Part shown: positions 60,160-64,000 of the stretch, piece after piece
How the letters are laid out: each line of letters starts with the position of its first letter
Numbering within the stretch: position 1 is the stretch's first letter
NCBI GenBank assembly: GCA_011364925.1
Contig: RDOA01000002.1
Location: forward strand, 129,044 to 193,043
DNA: 64,000 nucleotides
Direction of reading: 5' to 3'
Source of the DNA: Promethearchaeota archaeon
Lineage (GTDB): Archaea; Asgardarchaeota; Lokiarchaeia; Sigyniarchaeales; SOKP01
The notes under the pieces: model-generated
The model's input: the letters and a program-made list of their open reading frames with translations, nothing else
What the model was told of the DNA's origin: nothing
Databases searched by the model: none
Translations under genes and position numbers: made by a program

Positions 60160-62889
60160 GTGGAGCAGAGATCGTTGACAAACATATTAACTAGTAATAT
60201 TTCCAAAATCTTAAGCGTAGGGAAATACACTAAAGATGAGCTAGACACTCTAATCGAGGATGTTACTAGCGCAGAAAGAACGAGAACTACTATTTTAGAA
60301 AAAATAAGAGCATATAAAAGCATAGATATTCCTAAATTAAGCACAGAACTTTCACTATCAACAAAAAGATTAACATGTGATCTTAAATTCTTAAAAGAAC
60401 TTGGCTATTTAAACGCTATAGGGGAATATCCAAGGTTTTTTGAAGCAGAAATTGAAGAATTCAAGAATATTGGATTATTCCCTAATGTTAAATTAATTAG
60501 AGACAATAATTTATGTTGTGGTTGCGGTGCTTGCGAATCAATTTGTCCTGTTAACGCAATCTCCTATTCGAAAGGATCTTTTGAATTGGATGAAGAAATA
60601 TGCATGCACTGCGGACTTTGTTTTACTAGTTGTCCAAGATCCTTTTTTCCAAAAGTCTTAGATGAACCCGAAGATGAACCTACTGAGAATCTTGAGTATT
60701 TAAAGGAATTTAATTACTATCGCGAGATACTTACCGCCCAAACGACTGACAAGAAAATTGCGAAAGTCGCTCAAGACGGAGGTATTGTCACATCGCTGTT
60801 AAAACTCGCGTTCAAGGAGAAGCTTATTGACGGTGCGTTAGTTGTAACTGAAAGTAATGAACCATTAAATCCAATTCCTATCTTGGTTAACAGCCATGAA
60901 GATCTATTAAAAACTGCGGGAACAAAATACACCAACTCACCAATATTAAAAAAACTTTGTCAATTTAAAGAATACAAAAAAATTGCAGTTGTTGGAACAC
61001 CATGCATTATGAAAGCTCTAAGAAAGCTCTCGTTTTTTCCCTTAAGTAAACCACTTTATGAAAATATCGCCCTCAAGATTGGATTGCTGTGTTTCGAATC
61101 CTTCGATTATGAAAAAATTACAGAACTTTTGAAGGGCGAGTTTCAAAGTACTCCTGCTGAAATTAAAAAAATGGATATAAACAAAGGGCGCTTTATCATC
61201 TACAATCACGACGGTGCTGTTCACGACATTCCTATTAAAAAAATCAAGAAGTATGGTAGGCTTGGTTGCTTTTTCTGTGAAGATTTGACGGCTATACACA
61301 CTGATATTTCTGTAGGATCAATTGGATCAGATGCAGGTTGGTCTACTGTGTTTATAAGGACTAAAAAAGGTGCTGAATTCTTCCAAAAAGCTCTAGACCT
61401 CAATATGATTGCAACGAAGAAAATTGAGGATGATAGTAGAAGCTTTAGCTCACTAAGCAGAATAGCAGAAAACAAACTGAAATACTACGAAGAATTTACG
61501 CGACCGAAAACGATAGAACAAGAACCAAATATTAGAATTACAAATTTCGCGGAAGTATCCTTTGGCTTAACTGATAATATGGTTGATCGAGAAACGAAAC
61601 GATGCTTACAATGCGGGAATCCTCTCTGTGTGTCGGGTTGCCCAGTTAACATAAAAATTCCTCAATTTATTAAGCTTTTAGGCGAAAGAAAGTATAAGGA
61701 CACTCTTTATAAGATAAAAACAGATAATTTATTACCAGCAATTTGTGGAAGAGTGTGTCCGCAAGAGACACAATGCGAACAAGCTTGTCTCCTAAGCGGT
61801 CTTGGGGAGCCTATAGCGATCGGACAGATGGAAAGATTTATCGCGGATTGGGAACGAAGGAATAATATTAAGGAATGTCCTGAATGCGCTAGTCCAAATG
61901 GAATAAAAGTTGCTGTTATAGGAGCTGGTCCTTCAGGACTGACATGTGCTGGGGAACTCGCGATGAACGGCTATGACGTAACTATTTTTGAGGCGTTTCA
62001 CACTGCGGGCGGCGTTCTGAATTATGGAATACCCCAATTCAGGCTCCCAAAAGAAATTATTATAAGAGAAATTGAGACATTAGAAATGCTTAATGTTAAA
62101 CTCAAATATAACTCCATAATAGGAAAAACCCTTACGATTGACGACTTAAAAGATATGGGTTTTAAGGCGTTTTTTATAGGTGTTGGAGCTGGATTACCTA
62201 TGCTATTGAAAATTCCCGGAATTAGTTTGATTGGGGTTCTCTCAGCTAACGAATTCCTCACTAGGACTAACTTAATGAAAGCATTTCGATTTCCAGAATA
62301 TGATACCCCTATTAAAGTGGGTAAAATCGTAACAGTCATTGGGGGGGGAAATACAGCACTAGATTCTGCTAGAACCGCTTTACGGTTAGGAGCCGAAAAA
62401 GTTATCGTGGTTTATCGTAGATCTGAGGTGGAAATGCCGGCAAGAAAAGAAGAGTATCACCACGCTCTTGAAGAAGGCATTGAATTTCGATTTTTAACTA
62501 ATCCAGTGAGATTTATTGGAGACGAAAACGATAATGTATGCAAAATGGAAGTCGTTAAAATGAAATTAGGGGAACCAGACGATTCTGGCAGGAGAAGGCC
62601 TGTAAAAATTGAGGGTTCCGAATACACTATTGATACCGATACAGTTATTATTGGGATCGGTACTAGTGCAAATCCAATCTTAATCAGAACGATACCAGGA
62701 TTAAAACTTACTAAATGGGGCTATATTGAGGCGGATGAGAAAGGTCAAACTAGCGTGGAAGGTATTTTTGCTGGGGGCGATATCGTTTCCGGAAGCGCAA
62801 CTGTTATATCAGCAATGGGATTTGGAAAAAGGGCTGCTCATGCAATAGATAAATATCTTCAAGAGAAAAATTCGAATAAAAATAATTAA
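60160..62889 (+). CDS. Fusion protein: wHTH-like segment, FrhB (F420-binding) domain, NfnB/SudA-like NADP(H) oxidoreductase
   Basis: CCGCGAC..CP, AQDGGIVT, AGTKY, VGTPC, GLLCFESF, GCFFCED..DISVG; then RCLQC..CVSGCPV, CGRVCPQETQCE, GAGPSG, GGGNTALD, YRRS, FAGGDIV. Confidence 0.88.
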   Translation: MEQRSLTNILTSNISKILSVGKYTKDELDTLIEDVTSAERTRTTILEKIRAYKSIDIPKLSTELSLSTKRLTCDLKFLKELGYLNAIGEYPRFFEAEIEEFKNIGLFPNVKLIRDNNLCCGCGACESICPVNAISYSKGSFELDEEICMHCGLCFTSCPRSFFPKVLDEPEDEPTENLEYLKEFNYYREILTAQTTDKKIAKVAQDGGIVTSLLKLAFKEKLIDGALVVTESNEPLNPIPILVNSHEDLLKTAGTKYTNSPILKKLCQFKEYKKIAVVGTPCIMKALRKLSFFPLSKPLYENIALKIGLLCFESFDYEKITELLKGEFQSTPAEIKKMDINKGRFIIYNHDGAVHDIPIKKIKKYGRLGCFFCEDLTAIHTDISVGSIGSDAGWSTVFIRTKKGAEFFQKALDLNMIATKKIEDDSRSFSSLSRIAENKLKYYEEFTRPKTIEQEPNIRITNFAEVSFGLTDNMVDRETKRCLQCGNPLCVSGCPVNIKIPQFIKLLGERKYKDTLYKIKTDNLLPAICGRVCPQETQCEQACLLSGLGEPIAIGQMERFIADWERRNNIKECPECASPNGIKVAVIGAGPSGLTCAGELAMNGYDVTIFEAFHTAGGVLNYGIPQFRLPKEIIIREIETLEMLNVKLKYNSIIGKTLTIDDLKDMGFKAFFIGVGAGLPMLLKIPGISLIGVLSANEFLTRTNLMKAFRFPEYDTPIKVGKIVTVIGGGNTALDSARTALRLGAEKVIVVYRRSEVEMPARKEEYHHALEEGIEFRFLTNPVRFIGDENDNVCKMEVVKMKLGEPDDSGRRRPVKIEGSEYTIDTDTVIIGIGTSANPILIRTIPGLKLTKWGYIEADEKGQTSVEGIFAGGDIVSGSATVISAMGFGKRAAHAIDKYLQEKNSNKNN

Positions 62890-62896
62890 TATTTTT

Positions 62897-63757
62897 TTAA
62901 TGTTGACCTTGAGGGCAGACCTTCAAGCAATTTGAGCAATAATTATTGTCTAATAAGCTCTCCATACATTTTTCCCGATCTATGTGTGTAATTACACCAG
63001 ATCCTTTAACTTTTTCAATAGGTTCTTCGTATGTTGCTTTACCAAGGCAATTTATGATACAAACACCACAAGTTTCACAAAATTCTTCCATTTCAGTAAA
63101 ATCTACTTTTAATGTTTCAGGAATTTCTGCATCTGTGGTAATAATGCTCCAACGTTGCCTTGGACCGAATTCAGGAGTTACTATAAGTCCATTCCTCCCT
63201 TTAATTCCTAATCCTGCCGCTACAGCGTGAGCTGTATATAAGAGTTTTCCTCCAAAAGGATGATGAGCTTCCGATCTGTATCCTTCTTCTTGTAGAAACT
63301 GTGATAACTCGATCGTTTTTTCACCTAATTCATAATACACTCTAAACGCTTCAATACTAACCTGAATACTTGGTGCTGTTTTGATTTTATTCCACTCCAT
63401 TTCCATACCTAAAATTATCGCGTTCTTTCCAACTATAGGAAGATTTTTAAAAACATAGTTTTTTAACACGGGAGTATAACCAATAAGCGCAATACCCTTT
63501 TCTCTAGCTAAGCTCTCAAACTTTGTCCAAAACTCCGGTGTCGTTTCGGTCTTATTATTATCGCCATTTTGATATTTTGTTTTGTTCGCCTTTTTAAAAC
63601 CTTTAAATGTGCCTGTTAAATACTTACTATACTCTTTTGCTGTTTCTCGATCTAAATTTTCACCCTCTAATTTCATCGTGAAAAGTTTAGTCGGGACAAT
63701 AAAAACTAAATCCTTGTTTTCTCCAATAAAAGTAGGCTCTACTTTTTCTTTTTCCAT
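62897..63757 (-). CDS. Reductive dehalogenase/QueG-like cobalamin and 2x[4Fe-4S] protein (paralog of 6040..7041)
   Basis: HPFGG, AGLGIKGRNGLIVTPEFGPRQR, CETCGVCIINC, CSNCLKVCP. Confidence 0.75.
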   Translation of the reverse strand: MEKEKVEPTFIGENKDLVFIVPTKLFTMKLEGENLDRETAKEYSKYLTGTFKGFKKANKTKYQNGDNNKTETTPEFWTKFESLAREKGIALIGYTPVLKNYVFKNLPIVGKNAIILGMEMEWNKIKTAPSIQVSIEAFRVYYELGEKTIELSQFLQEEGYRSEAHHPFGGKLLYTAHAVAAGLGIKGRNGLIVTPEFGPRQRWSIITTDAEIPETLKVDFTEMEEFCETCGVCIINCLGKATYEEPIEKVKGSGVITHIDREKCMESLLDNNYCSNCLKVCPQGQH

Positions 63758-63839
63758 AATAAATCCTCAATAATTTATAATACCAAAATTATTACTTTAC
63801 CTTGTAATATTAAGAATAAATCAAGAGAATAATAATTGT

Positions 63840-64000
63840 ATGATTATTAATATTAAGGATTTTAAATATAAATGCAGATTTTGCGATAATCCTTTAGAAT
63901 CAAGATTTTCAAAGTGTTTTAATGTATATTGTCAAGGGCAAAAATTCAATTTAGACAACCTAGTTACCTATAGATTAATTCCTAACTTAGGAATTGGGAG
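63840..64000 (+). CDS. 5' fragment of a protein with an N-terminal Zn ribbon, possibly a RapA/SNF2-like helicase (runs off window)
   Basis: MIINIKDFKYKCRFCDNPLESRFSKCFNVYCQGQKFNLDNLVTYRLIPNLGIG...; CxxC...CxxxxC followed by LGIG. Confidence 0.45.
   Translation, partial: MIINIKDFKYKCRFCDNPLESRFSKCFNVYCQGQKFNLDNLVTYRLIPNLGIG

Noticed and set aside
5662-63773. Numerous short antisense or nested ORFs in the track (e.g. 5662-5997, 6632-6955, 42212-42595, 46963-47412, 49767-50000)
   Set aside because: They lie opposite or within well-supported genes and have shadow-ORF composition without motifs.

Overview
AT-rich archaeal chromosomal window, most likely from a Lokiarchaeia (Asgard) genome. The evidence is Loki-CTERM-type surface proteins, gelsolin-like and longin-like proteins, and a eukaryote-type SECIS. 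It holds about 55 genes; I recognised no rRNA, tRNA, CRISPR array or transposase. The main hidden signal is a selenoprotein operon that the ORF track fragments. hdrA (50011-48035, minus, TTG start) has three in-frame TGA codons and mvhD/vhuD (48021-47575) has two, all at conserved Cys positions. A single eukaryote-like AUGA/AAA/GA SECIS hairpin (about 47494-47566) follows, apparently serving five UGA codons in two cistrons. The operon lies in an 18-kb redox island with an FdhB-like subunit, a ferredoxin, a tungsten AOR, an HdrC-CCG protein with a nested GltD/NfnB-type module, NfnA, and a wHTH-FrhB-NfnB fusion (candidate F420-linked bifurcating system). Other notable items: three tandem Thr-type LMW phosphatases, a crotonase with an inserted DnaJ-type Zn finger, a gelsolin-helical-repeat gene split at an A6 run, three paralogous surface-protein genes (one a tandem polyprotein with an internal sorting motif), a 54-bp-period palindromic duplication, and an ABC-permease remnant. 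All product calls come from motif recognition by eye; no searches were run.
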